This document shows, in pieces, positions 25,263 through 37,512 of a stretch of DNA of 64,000 nt (positions within the stretch are counted from its first letter, which is position 1; every line of letters starts with the position of its first letter). This DNA is from Octopus sinensis (Eukaryota). The notes under the pieces were generated by a model, which was given only the letters and a program-made list of their open reading frames with translations, did no database searches and had not been told where the DNA came from. The stretch is from positions 12,834,001 through 12,898,000 of the forward strand of contig NC_042998.1 in assembly GCF_006345805.1 (NCBI RefSeq), in the 5' to 3' direction. A program made the position numbers and the translations under genes.

Positions 25263-26133
25263 CAATGAGGACTCACGCCGTTAGCCACAAAGAATAATCT
25301 CTAATTCGAGCCTACTCTAAGCTACTAAGAATGCGTGTGGCAACTTGAAGATCCACCCACCACACGCGATAGACTGGCGGTTGCCCGGGCGCAAAAGGTA
25401 CGTTGTTGTCCTCATTCCGTAAACAGTAGCTTTTAACGGGTGGAGAACTTATCCATCCTAGAGTAAATAGGATTCGCAATCTAGTCTAGGGTCTGATAGT
25501 TTACCACACCGTAGTGCGTTACACCATGGTTCCTCTGCTTTGTTGCAGAAGTGGGAAGAAAGAGTGAGAGAAAGTTGTAGTGAAAGAGTACAGCAGGACT
25601 CACACCCCCACCCGCAGCTCGTGGATCTAGGTGTTTACTGTTGTTGTTGTGTAGCAATGCTAAATGAATGTTGAAACGTTATCTTCTGTTTAACTAGTAA
25701 AACGTATTAGGTGCTAGTTTTAACTAAAATTGCTTTAAATAATTGAAATATAAAAGACATCAGAAATAATAATAGCTGTTGTTCGTCTTTAACAAACAAA
25801 TACACGGTTGTTAACGATCTTCGCTAATATTGATTAGTATTTATAATGACAAAATTCAGCGTATGATTTAGAGTGCAGTGTGAAGATACAACACATTATT
25901 TGAAATGATTGATACAAAGGAGGAAAAAAAAAATTCTGCCTTCCCCGACAATTTTTTTTTTTATTTACACCGCATTGGAATTCTTAAATCAATACACATG
26001 ACGTTTTTGTTTCCTAGGTAACAAGTGAGTTGCACACTTCTCAACAAATTTATTATTTACTTTTTTAATATGGTGTTGTTTATTACCATTATTTTCTAGC
26101 TTTAAACACTTGGCGGCCTAATTTAGTTTATAC

Positions 26134-26364
26134 TCAATAAACACATGCCGTTCTCCCTCTCCGTGTAATTTGTACAGTAAATGAGCTCTTTGTGTGACAA
26201 TGACTTCCACATAAAACATCACAGATGGCGCTCTCGTGACAGTTCCTCTTGACAGCTGTATGTTCTTCAGTCTGCTTCGTATCCATTAGAAAACAATGGC
26301 GCGTATTACAGTGAAGGATGATACTGATTACCATTGTCATGATTATGAGAAAATCTTTGTTCAT
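26134..26364 (-). CDS. Candidate small secreted cysteine-rich prepropeptide (76 aa)
   Basis: MNKDFLIIMTMVISIILHCNTRHCFLMDTKQTEEHTAVKR-NCHESAICDVLCGSHCHTKSSFTVQITRRGRTACVY*. Hydrophobic N-terminus and a KR site. AGTATG context 4 nt after an acceptor. Upstream 104 nt GT-AG intron (26472-26369). AATAAA downstream at 26079-26084 and 26049-26054. Confidence 0.45.
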   Translation of the reverse strand: MNKDFLIIMTMVISIILHCNTRHCFLMDTKQTEEHTAVKRNCHESAICDVLCGSHCHTKSSFTVQITRRGRTACVY

Positions 26365-26659
26365 ACTACTGTAGCCATTAGTTATGATGTCCATAGCAGT
26401 TGAGATGGAATCAGTGAATGAATGAAAATATCAATATTGCATATGAAGAACGCAATGACGAATGGAATTTACCTTCTGATATAATGATACTGAAGTATTA
26501 AAATAGCATTTCAGTTCAGATGTCAGCCATATCGTGATATATGTGAAATTTTCTTGACTCGTTTTCAACGTTTATAAACCATAAATTCTACTAAATGCCT
26601 AAAATATCTTTAGTGTCTGTTATTTTTGTCATCTCATTCCTAGTTGACGTTTGGTGTTT

Positions 26660-26674
26660 TATTTATATGCAAAT
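26660..26674 (-). promoter_or_regulatory. Candidate TATA box (TATAAATA) with adjacent octamer (ATTTGCAT) upstream of the candidate peptide gene
   Basis: Minus strand reads ATTTGCATATAAATA. Such motifs are common by chance in AT-rich DNA. Confidence 0.25.
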
Positions 26675-26948
26675 AATATATAAATATAGATAGCAGAACA
26701 GCGAGCATTTTGCTACAGCTATTTCGGTACTGGTGTTTCTACAGCGACGTTAGATTATTTGGATATTTCAAATACTTGTGCACAAGAACATTTTAAATTA
26801 ACCATACATGCACACATAACTGTGCCACGTGTGTTCTGTTTAGAGTTAGTAAAGAGTGGACTAGATTCCTGGGGGTATTTACCTCGTGCAGTCAACAAAG
26901 AATGGAAGTAATAAAGAAAAAAAATGAGAAATACATACAGACAGATAT

Positions 26949-27324
26949 GGAATGGAAGCACTCCGTCGGTTACGACGACGAGGGTTCCAGTTGATCCGAA
27001 TCAACGGAACAGCCTGCTCGTGAAATTAACGTGTAAGTGGCTGAGCACTCCACAGACACGTGTACTCTTAACGTAGTTCTCGGGGATATTCAGCGTGACA
27101 CAGAGAGTGACAAGGCCGGCCCTTTGAAATACAGGTACAACAGAAACAGGAAGTAAGAGTGAGAGAAAATTGTACAGCAGGGATCACCACCATCCCCTGC
27201 CGGAGACCCGTGGAGCTTTAGGTGTTTTCGCTCCATAAACACTCACAACACCCGGTCTGGGAATCGAAACCGCTATCCTATGACCGCGAGTCCGCTGCCC
27301 TAACCACTGGGCCATTGCGCCTCC
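26949..27324 (-). mobile_element. SINE family B, full length, tail type 1, with 12 bp TSD
   Basis: TSD acagacagatat at 26937-26948 and 27325-27336. tRNA-like A and B boxes. (tccat)n-like tail. Confidence 0.95.
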
Positions 27325-27399
27325 ACAGACAGATATATAAAGAGAAAGAATGAGGAGAATATAATGATATATATATGAAACATTTAAGTAGAAAATGGA

Positions 27400-28330
27400 C
27401 TACGTCTTATTCAGCTATCAACCACACCTCCCCATCAAATTTCCTTGATCTTACTTATACGTATTTCTTCCCATTCTTCTTTCACCTCCGCTACCCAACA
27501 TCTCTAATACGTCATCAGACACAACGTGTAACTTCTACGTTCTCTGCCACTTCACTTTTCTTTTGTGAATAACTACTCCTCTCTTTCAAACATGTAAAAA
27601 GTGCTTGTCCTAGTCGTAAAGTGCTACTGTTTCCGAAACTTTCACTTGCTTCAATTGTAGTCATTAATTTTCTTTTTATAAACCCCATAACGATTTTGAT
27701 ATTAAGTGCACTTCCAAAATATTCGCACACTTCGATTAGATTTCTGGCAGCTAATGTACTGCACATATATAGGTTAGTGTGACAACCGTCTGAGCAGTCG
27801 ATTCTAAGAAAATTATTTCGATGTCCGTAATAACGTTTTGAGAATCTCGAAAGTAGTAGTTTGCCACTTCAAGTATTCACGCTACTCCCTTCACTTTTTT
27901 TTTTATCAGCTTTCGATTTTTTAAATATTCCGCACCGAAGGCGAAGCCCAACTGATAGCAATCCGAGACCTTAGACTCCTCTAGTTCGAAACCAATGACC
28001 CTATTCATGAATTTCATTCTCTTATCACAATCATTACTCCTCGAGTGCTCCTATCTACTCATCACCCGCACGATACACGCTACCTCCCTAAAATTACCGT
28101 GTGCCTTCACTAGCATCTTTGACATCTTCCTGCCACTTCTCACCTACATCCATCTCACTCATTTGCTTCGATTTTACTGTATTCGATTTTTTGTAATCCC
28201 CATACCAATAAACATCTTTGCTCCATATCCGTTTCCGTTAGTTAATGCTTGAAAGCCTAGATCTGCAACTCTCTTAAAAATTCTATTAACCTTAAACATC
28301 CGTTGACAAACAATTAGTGCTGGTCTCAAT
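27400..28330 (-). pseudogene. Ancient RTE-like LINE reverse transcriptase remnant
   Basis: Decayed motifs EHSRS...MKFMNRVIG...YQLGFAFG and EVCEYFGSALN resemble RTE RT motifs (LLEH.MKV.ERVI...MQFGF..G; VGVHQGS.LSP). Many stops. Confidence 0.45.
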
Positions 28331-28539
28331 TGATTAATTAACGTATATTGTAGTAGCAGTGGAATAATTAGATATGTTAAATCGCGTATACACATACGCG
28401 ATTATGAAAAGCTATCTTTGGAAACACACCAGTAATTAACTACTTTAATCCACCAGCTTCCTCGCTTCAAGTCGATTCAATGATGCTTGTGCATTTGTGT
28501 ATAAAAGTAATGTATATGTGACAATATTCTTGTATGGAA

Positions 28540-28960
28540 AGGTGGCGAGCTAGCAGAAACGTTAGCACGCCAGGCGAAACACTTAGCAGTATTGTACTAG
28601 CGGTGGAATAATTAGAGTTCAAATTCCGCCGAGGTCGACTTTGCTTTTCATCCTTTCGGGGTCGATAAGTTGAGTACCATTAGCGTACTCGGGTCGATCT
28701 AATCGACTGTCTCCACCTCCCCAAAAATGTCGGGTCTAGAGTAGAAAATACTATTCTTGTACTGAGTAATAGGCTGGGCTGGCAAAATCATTAGCACACC
28801 AGGCAAAATGTTCAGAATTATGTCGTCCGTTTTTACGTTATGAGTTCAAATTTCGTAGAAGTCGACGTTACTATTCATCTTCTCTGTGTTGATAAAATAT
28901 GTACCAGATGAGCATTGGGGTCGATATAATCGAATTATCACTGCTCTTAATTTGCTGCCC
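28540..28960 (+). mobile_element. Two tandem SINE family C copies
   Basis: ggtggcgagctagcagaaacgttagcacgcc...gagttcaaattccgccgaggtcgactttgc. The second copy starts near 28775. Confidence 0.85.
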
Positions 28961-29039
28961 TTACGCCAAAATCTTGAAATTAGTATTCAAGGTGCAGGGC
29001 TGCCACCTACAGTTGGTTTTTGAGTCAGACACTACGATC

Positions 29040-29185
29040 TCCTTTCGGTTTCTCTCTACGAAATCCACTCACAAAGCCTTAGTCGGTCCGATATTATAGT
29101 GGAAGGCAATATTTACCCAATTTACCACGCTGTGGGACTGAACCCAGAACCTTGTGGGTGAGAAGTAAGATTCTTACTGCACAGC
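29040..29185 (-). mobile_element. SINE family A 5' half, degenerate
   Basis: aaatccactcacaaagcctt.gtcgg...gtgggactgaaccc. Confidence 0.75.
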
Positions 29186-29826
29186 ATATTTGGAAGATCC
29201 TAATCGTTTGTTGTTTATAATAAAGTTTGTAGCTGGTAATAATACTTCTTTATCGTATGTCCTTAAGCAGATTTTATAACATGTAATTACTATAGATTCT
29301 GTACGCCTTTGAGTGATGCATTCGGTATCTGTGTTCAGTCACTAAGCGCGTTACTTATATTCTCTGCACTCTTCTGAAGAATGATCTCCCTGTCTTTTTG
29401 GATTAATTACTAATGGCTTGACAATGCATATAAACAAGGTTATAACAGAGAGTGACGGATTGCACAATCTTTATCAGTATTTATAAATATAGAAAGCCCC
29501 GGCAGAAGCGAAGTTTTTTTGGTTTTGATATAACGTAAACTTTGCAAATCAACCAAATACGTGTATATTGCTGAGATCGCCTGTACACGGAAATATATGC
29601 AAATCATTTCAGAGACATCAGTATCGGCAAATGTTGCAGAAAGGATGCTTCAGATCCATGGAACAGTAGATGGACGACAAAGAAAGATGACTTACTTTGG
29701 TTGGTTTGAAAATTTCAGGTTGTATCAAAGTCAAACACTTTGATTCTGCAGGGGCTTTCTATGCTTATAATTTCAGGAAGATTTGACTTTTGGTTCACTA
29801 ACGTATGGTGATCTCGTACACGCACA

Positions 29827-29897
<71 letters not shown>

Positions 29898-30954
29898 AGA
29901 CACAGACAAACTCTTACTCACTCTTTCACACACTCTCTCACACACACTCAGTCACTCGCTCACACACACACATTCTCTGTATCCCATACACACAGTGATA
30001 TATAAACGCACACATTTTATTCTTGAACAATGATCAAAAATTATCAACTGAAACCTGTTTAGGTGAGACATTGTGATTCAAGTAAAATAATTTTTACATA
30101 TTGATATGACGTCTCCACCTGATACATATTAATGCGTCTCAACTCCGGCAAGAACCATATACATTTTCACCGGTATATTTACACACCTACAGAAACACTC
30201 TAATGCTTAAAAACATACACGTTAACATATATACATAGATATATTAATGCTCTTACACAGTGAAAGTAGGGAATTCTATGTGATTATTATGTGAAACTAT
30301 TTACCGTCCAGAAATAAGATTGTACATAGACAGGGACAATTTTCTGCAGTCAGAGTTAATGGTTGTATGGAATCCTTGAAACACTTTCGGAGTTTGTAAT
30401 GAAAGCTGAATATCTTTTAGAATTGTTCTGTAGCCCCGGAGCCATCTAGAGCAAAATAAAGTAGTTTCATATGAATTGAATACATTCTGTTGTTCGCTCC
30501 TATTCAATGAAGTGGTAAGAAAGTGGAGTTGTTTTTGTTCCTTTTGTTGTGGTTGTCAGTGTTTTCGTTGTTGTTGCCGTTGATCTTGTTGACAGTGGTG
30601 GAAGATTTTGTGCTGGTGGTTCTATTTAAACCCAGTTCAAACCTTAAACGGTTTTGAAACAATAACGATGACCAAGTAAGATCTTGCATTAGTTTATCCA
30701 ATGTTTTCTCCGCCTTTTTTAAGTGTAATATACGATGTCAGGCAGCTATGGTTGTTAATTTGATTTAATTACGACGTAATATTCAATAAATAAACAGTAT
30801 GAATAAAGGATATAGTTCTAATTCTATTTACTTTGTCCTAAATAACACCGCATTAGTTGTTTATTATTACACTAAGGCTAATCCTTTCTACTGGAGGGAC
30901 ATGACCTCAAATTTTGGTGGGAAGGAGAATAGTTGATAGTTGAATAGTTGAGAA

Positions 30955-31095
30955 TAGTTTAACCTAATTTATCGATCCTCGAAAGGATAAAAAGGCAAAG
31001 ATGACCTCGGCGGAATTTGAACTCAGAACGTAGCGACGGGCGAAATACTGCTAAGCATTTAGTCGAGAGTGCTAACGACTCTGGTTGCTCACCGC
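30955..31095 (-). mobile_element. SINE family C
   Basis: ttatcgatcctcgaaaggat...cctcggcggaatttgaactcagaacgta...gctcaccgc. Confidence 0.85.
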
Positions 31096-31417
31096 TTTTA
31101 TTATTATCTTTTAAGCCCTTTTCAAGCCTAGTCAGGCTCATGGGCCATGTTTCCCGGTTTCTGTGGTGTATTTGTTCCCCCCAGCTGGATGGGACGCCAG
31201 TCCATCGCAGCGTTACTCAAGAAACAAGAAGAAAAAGTGAGAGAAAGTTGGGGCGAAAGAGTACAACAGGGGTCACCCCCCACCCCCCTGCCGGAGGCTC
31301 GTGGTGCTGAAGGTGTTTTCTCTCAATAAACACACACAATGCCCGATCTGGGACTCGAAGCCGCGATCCTCCGACCACGAGTCCGCTGCCCTTACCACTG
31401 GGCCATTGCGCCTCCAC
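31096..31417 (-). mobile_element. SINE family B, tail type 2
   Basis: Same head and body as 26949-27324, but the 3' end is ...gaaaccgggaaacatggcccatgagcctgactaggcttgaaaag plus an A-rich tail. Confidence 0.85.
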
Positions 31418-32290
31418 CGCTTTCATTATTACACTACGGCTAATACCGTACTATAGCCGTCATTACGTACAAAGACGTGATTCCATTACTGAACAAGTTT
31501 AATCAATGAAATTACTCTATACGTATTGCTATATATGAATTCAATTTCATTTCGAATCGTATTTTTCCCTATTTCTTTATACCTTCACTTATTATTCTCA
31601 CAATTTGGCACACTCATTATATTAATCATGTTGTTTATGAGATCCGTCTTAATGAAATATTATGAAAAGTTTAATAATTAATATAGAACAGCATGTATGA
31701 AACAATGACCTAACATCAATGAAAATATATTTAAGAAAAAAAACGAAATAATCTATAGAATTTAAAATATCGAAATTCCATTTATAAATTTCACTTTTCC
31801 CATTTTGTTCTGCTTTGCATCCGTTTCTTTGTTCAGTGAAAATATAATATACAAGTGATCTTAGAGAAAATAGACACAAATTGTTTTGTTTTAAAGAAAG
31901 TTTAAAGTTCATTAACATTACGACAATAGAACTCATTGTATTATCTACAGCGTAATCAAGTGTTACACAGTGTTTCAAAGTCTTTGTTGAAATCGTACAC
32001 AATTTTACGGTCGCATATTTCATCATTAGTGCATATGAGGATGTAAAGATGCACATACAAATAAAGGATTTGATTTGAATAAATATTAGGTAGCGTGATA
32101 TATTTGTAGATAAACACAGAAGAAATACATATATGTGTGTATGGTCTGTGCACATGCACGCTGATATGGTAATAGACACACACACACTTACATGCGTATA
32201 TATGTGATATTTATATGTTCTTCTCTCTCTCCCTCTCCCCCTCCCTCGTCACCCCTTCTCTCTCTCCCTCTCCCTCCCTCCCTCGCCACC

Positions 32291-32357
<67 letters not shown>

Positions 32358-32890
32358 AATGCATGTACGTTTATCATTGTTCAGTTTATATCAATTTTCC
32401 TGGCCAATAGAGAAGGAATCGTGTTCTAACCTAGATCCAAGGCTCCTTCAATGTAATTTCAATATCAACAACAGGATATCTTGGTTGCTTTGTTTGTACG
32501 TATGTATATGTGCAGATTTGGATGTTTTGCTTTATATATGTATTCTCATGCATATAGTTGCATATCTAGACTTGCTCATATATATTTAAATGACAAACTT
32601 CTGGAAAGTTATACAAATATTTACTCTTCCAGTGGTATGTATCTATATGTGTGTGTGTATGTATGTATGTATGTATGTATGTATGTATGTATGTATGTAT
32701 GTATGTATGTATGTATCTATGTGTGTGTGTATGTATGTATGTATAGTTAAAGCTCCCAGGGAGCTCTCGATTAAAGTTGTTCATTATTTTTAGTCTGCGG
32801 AGAAATGGCTAAAATTTGCACTGTTTATATTTATACCATGTGTTACAAAAATACACACACACATGTGTGTGTATATATATACATGCATAT

Positions 32891-32951
<61 letters not shown>

Positions 32952-32955
32952 ATTT

Positions 32956-33120
32956 AGGCGCAGGAGTGGCTGTGTGGTAAGTAGCTTGCTAACCAACCAC
33001 ATGGTTCCGGGTTCAGTCCCACTTCGTGACATCGTGGGCAAGTGTCTTCTGCTATAGCCTTGGGCCGACCAATGCCTTGTGAGTGGATTTGTTTGACGGA
33101 AACTGAAAGAAGCCTGTCGT
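32956..33120 (+). mobile_element. SINE family A 5' half
   Basis: aggcgcaggagtggctgtgtggtaag (A box)...ggttccgggttcagtccc (B box)...gggcaagt...gaaagaagcctgtcg, then a microsatellite. Confidence 0.9.
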
Positions 33121-33133
33121 ATATATGTATATA

Positions 33134-33166
<33 letters not shown>

Positions 33167-33261
33167 GTGTGTGTGTGTGTGAATAATTGAGATTCAGTTG
33201 AATTAGGTATTTAAGTTGAAGCACCAAGTCAGTACAGTATTGACGATACAACTCATAAAAT

Positions 33262-33845
33262 CATAATAAGCAACGGATATCAAGAGGTGATGCAGTATGA
33301 TCGTTTCAAGCGGCTCCATTTAATTGAACAATTCAGTCACTACATCAATTTAAATGCAGGGCTATCCTCAGCTGCATATATAAATATAATTTTTTAATCA
33401 GTTTGACACATTAATATAATTTTATTGAAATTCTCTAATAGAGCAAGAATGGGGAAAAGTCCATTTTGCTACTAATATAGCTCAAAATATACTACACTTA
33501 TAAGAACTGCATGAAGATCATTAGGGTCATAGCTTATAACGGATTGTTAATAATAGATTATACTTAAGGGTATCATGCGTACATAGGGTCACTGGTACAT
33601 TTAAATATTTTTTTAAATTAGCGTTTATAGACGCTGCACCTGAACGTGGATATGGGAAATTAATTTTAGTGTCGTATATGTAAAATTATATTAATATGTC
33701 CAACTGATTAAACAATTCTATTTATTTATGCTGCTGCGGAGAGCCCTGCATTTCAATCGATGTAATGATTGTATTGTTCAATTAAATGGAGCTGCTTGAA
33801 ACGGTCGTACTGCATCACCACTTGATATCCTGTTGCTTATATTGA
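33262..33845. mobile_element. Diverged inverted repeat (about 160 bp arms, 260 bp spacer), PLE-like
   Basis: 33262-33423 is the reverse complement of 33682-33845. The outer ends carry GAAAC(G)GTCGTA-CTGCATC, resembling a hammerhead stem III and stem I. Confidence 0.7.
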
Positions 33846-34138
33846 CTATATATATATAAAAATCTTGAGAATATTAATTAACAAGATTGATGAACTTACT
33901 CGATTTGCACACGAGGAAAAGGAAAGAGAAGAGAAAGGGCAATCTCTGGAACAGATTTATCAACATCTGACCGAATTATGCATCACTCTTCAATCTTTAC
34001 TTCACAATAATTGTATGAATGAACCCTCCCCCAGACGATACACACGACAGAGCCTCCTCTACGTTTACACAATCAATTAAAAACCGGATTATCCATATCT
34101 GGAATGAGAAACTTGAAGCCAGAAAATTTTCTATCTGG

Positions 34139-34250
34139 AATAAGTACTAGGCTTACTAAGTTTAAATCCTGGGGTCGATTTGTTCGACGAAAGGCGGTAC
34201 TCCAGCATGACCACAGTCAAACTACTGAAACAAGTGAAAGAATAAAATAA
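34139..34250 (+). mobile_element. SINE family A 3' half
   Basis: aataagtactaggcttac...ggggtcgatttgttcgac.aaaggcggt.ctccagcatg.ccacagtcaaa..actgaaacaag. Confidence 0.85.
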
Positions 34251-34255
34251 TAAGA

Positions 34256-34291
<36 letters not shown>

Positions 34292-34299
34292 GTATATAC

Positions 34300-34480
34300 A
34301 TATAAAGTTAATCCAAACAAGAAAGCCCCCAATAAACACAACAACGCGAGAACGTGGAACAAATATAGTATTATTGGATGCTCAGAAAATCAGGAAAGAA
34401 GAAGGGTTTAACGTTTCGAGCCGAGCTCTTCGTCGGAAACATAGAAGGAAAGATCCAGAGAAGGGAAGACAGATGAACAT
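34300..34480 (-). mobile_element. Short PLE-like repeat with minimal hammerhead variant at 34406-34440
   Basis: Minus strand GTTT-CCGACGA-A-GAGC-tcg-GCTC-GAAACGTT-AAAC. Homologous to 24722-24860. Confidence 0.65.
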
Positions 34481-34532
34481 ACATACAGATATGTGCGTGT
34501 GCGTGCACATATATATATATTTTTTTTTTTGT

Positions 34533-34730
34533 ACTTGTTTCAGTCATTTGACTGCGGCTATGCTGGAGCACCGCCTTTAGAGTGGTGAAAGAGTACAGCA
34601 CGGATCACCACCATCCCCTGCCGGAGCCTCGTGGAGCTTTTAGGTGTTTTCGCTCAATAAACACACACAATGCCCGGTTTGGGAATCGAAACCGTGATAC
34701 TCCGACCGCAAGTCCGCTGCCCTAACCGTA
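34533..34730 (-). mobile_element. SINE A 3'-end fragment abutting a SINE B head fragment
   Basis: acttgtttcagtcatttgactgcggc... followed by ...gggaatcgaaacc...gtccgctgccctaacc. Confidence 0.8.
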
Positions 34731-34739
34731 TATGTATAA

Positions 34740-34758
34740 ATTATTATTATTATTATTA

Positions 34759-34850
<92 letters not shown>
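34740..34850. repeat. (TAT)n microsatellite
   Basis: Direct reading. Confidence 0.95.
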
Positions 34851-34851
<1 letters not shown>

Positions 34852-34925
34852 TTTACACAAAATGCGAAAGCAATGCCAAGACTGTATGGAGTTTTCATGA
34901 CTTTTATAATGAAAAGAATATAGAT

Positions 34926-34979
34926 ATAGTCTTACAGCTGTTTCTGGGATATTATGGATACCCCTTCATCAGAGACGAT
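34926..34979 (-). ncRNA. Type I hammerhead ribozyme motif (intact core, A-A mismatch closing stem II)
   Basis: Minus strand ATCGTCT-CTGATGA-A-GGGGTAT-ccata-ATATCCC-A-GAAA-CAGCTG-TA-AGACTAT. Palindromic stem III ACAGCTGT and a GUA triplet. Confidence 0.7.
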
Positions 34980-35056
<77 letters not shown>

Positions 35057-37115
35057 TACTGCAACATCAACCGCTGCTCTCAATGTAGCGCACATACACT
35101 CCCACTGCTGCCATCAGACTTAAAGTGAGCATAATTTAGAGGTCTTCATACAGCTTTTTTTATGGGCACCATTCCCTTGTATTTGTTCACAACTGCATTG
35201 CATTTATCAATGCACATTAATAGAGAACTGTATTCATTTTGTTGGCGATTGCCGAATCCTCACACCACATCTCTTCAGCCGAAACAAGATCTAAGTGAAC
35301 AACATGTTCCGAGACTGAAAGTTAGAGATTTTACTATCGCTCGCGTGCTTTTCACCACCTTTCTTTGATTAAATTACAATAGTTGAAAATAAATTATTTC
35401 TAATTTCTAACGGCTGGCAGCAATAAGGCTCGGTTGACTAATTCGAACGAATCTACTGTCATTTCAAGTTTGCTTGAACCAAATTAAATGTTATATCTAA
35501 CAATTGAAACGTGAAAATATATTAACCGTGGCTGATGTCTAAGTTTTCTGTGAGTACTGGTTGACAAATATTTTGACACCAAGAATTTACATCACGTTAT
35601 CAAAGAAAGCAACAGTAGGATGTTTTCTCACTCAATTCATTCTCAATCCAATGATTCCACTGATTTAAAAATGTAACTTTGAACTAGTGTTTAGCAACCT
35701 AGAAACCACAAACCGTAATATTTCAGTTGAAGCAAAAAATGTTTTTCTGTGAACATGACCTGGAACACTGCAACGTTAATGTACATTATGCAAAAGTTAA
35801 AACAATCACTTTGGTTCCAGCTAATGTATTTCACAATATGGATCCGCAAATAGTAGTCTTGGGTGAATAATACACACCCTAAGACTTGTCAACTATTTTT
35901 TTACATATCCACTTTCTCGGATATTCATTCAAGAGAAGTATCGCGTTAGAGTTTCTAACGTAAGCTCAGAATACACCACATCAATTCTTGTGAAGAAAAG
36001 TAGTTGTATGTTTCCAAGGAAGACTATTTAAAGCAGTAAATGAATAGATCAATAAGCCAAAATAATGTGTACATCACCAACGAAATAACACTAAAAAAAA
36101 ATTCTCTGCAGAGTGGTATGATGTATCCCTTATTAATTATCAAAGGAAATTTAGAAAGATTGGATCACTTTGAAATTTAGACTCGCTTCTAATTCTTCTT
36201 TTCATATATTAAAAAAAAATGACTGATGAATGTGACATATCTTCCCACCGATTTCGGTAACCTGGATATAATAACGACAAGAATTAATAATAAAATCACC
36301 TTAGCAACAGGTTCCTTATAATGTTCTGAAAGAGTGCCGGCATCAACTTATTTCATCTGGCTCATCTCCGGATGAAATCGATTAACGCAGGCTATATATC
36401 TTTAATCATTGAAATTGTTTAAGTGATGAGAATAGAAATTATCATTATGATTCCATTGCAAACTGGCATGCTACCCGCGGTGTGAGTTTCTGCTGAAAAG
36501 GGGTTCTGCAATAGTTCAAATAGTGTGATGAAGTGGAAGGTCATTTAATACTGATTCAAAATAAATTGACATCGAAAGAGCTTCGAATGTGTTGTGCGTA
36601 GAATTCTTTTAGAGACCCAATCGTATTTGGAGTCCCTAGGAATTTATTATACTGGATTAAGTAGTTGCCGAAACGTCATATATTCGTCAGAAATCCTTCG
36701 TGCATTGCTCTGAGTTATTAGTCTGTCCTGATTTCGGTCTAATTTTCTTCAATGTTTATATAATATCACAAATGATATTAAGAAACATTTACAGACATCT
36801 CAGAAGATACTCGGTCAATAAAATCATCAAAGAATCTGAGTTTCCTACACACATAGATTTTCTGTTCCCTGTCCAGAAGCAAACAACTTGCTTCGTTGGC
36901 ATTAGAAAATTCGGTGACACTCCGTTCTCTAAGTTGTTTTCATTTATTTCCTTAACGTAAGTTCGTGTTTCACTTTGACAGTAGCAACCTTCTTGCATAT
37001 CATCCACTCGTACCTATGATAAGCCAAACAGAGACTCAGTATAACCATGCACTAGGACACAGAAGCGGATCAACTTTCTCAGTCTTACATCCCAGAAACC
37101 TAGTAACTCCTCTCT

Positions 37116-37512
37116 CTTTACTCTTTTTTTACTCTTTTACTTGTTTCAGTCATTTGACTGCGGCCATGCTGGAGCACCGCCTTTAATCGAGCAACTCGAA
37201 CCCGGGACTTATTCTTTTGTAAGCCCAGTACTTATTCTATCGGTCTTTTTTGCTGAACCGCTAAGTAACGGGGACATAAACACACCAGCATCTGTTGTCA
37301 AGCAATGCTAGGGGGACAAACACAGACACACACATATATATATATACATATATACGACGGGCTTCTTTCAGTTTCCGTCTACCAAATCCACTCACAGGGC
37401 TTTGGTCGGCCCGAGACTATAGTAGAAGACACTTGCCCAAGGTGCCACGCAGTGGGACTGAACCCGAAACCATGTGGTTGGTAAACAAGCTACTTACCAC
37501 ACAGCCACTCCT
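37116..37512 (-). mobile_element. SINE family A, near full length, with internal (TA)/(CA) tract
   Basis: (tttactc)n tail, gactgcggccatgctggagcaccgcc, internal microsatellite, head ...ccacacagccactcct. Confidence 0.95.

Noticed and set aside
36655-36745. EF-hand-like DRNQDRLIT on the minus strand
   Set aside because: An in-frame stop lies three codons upstream, there is no acceptor, and position 12 is not acidic.
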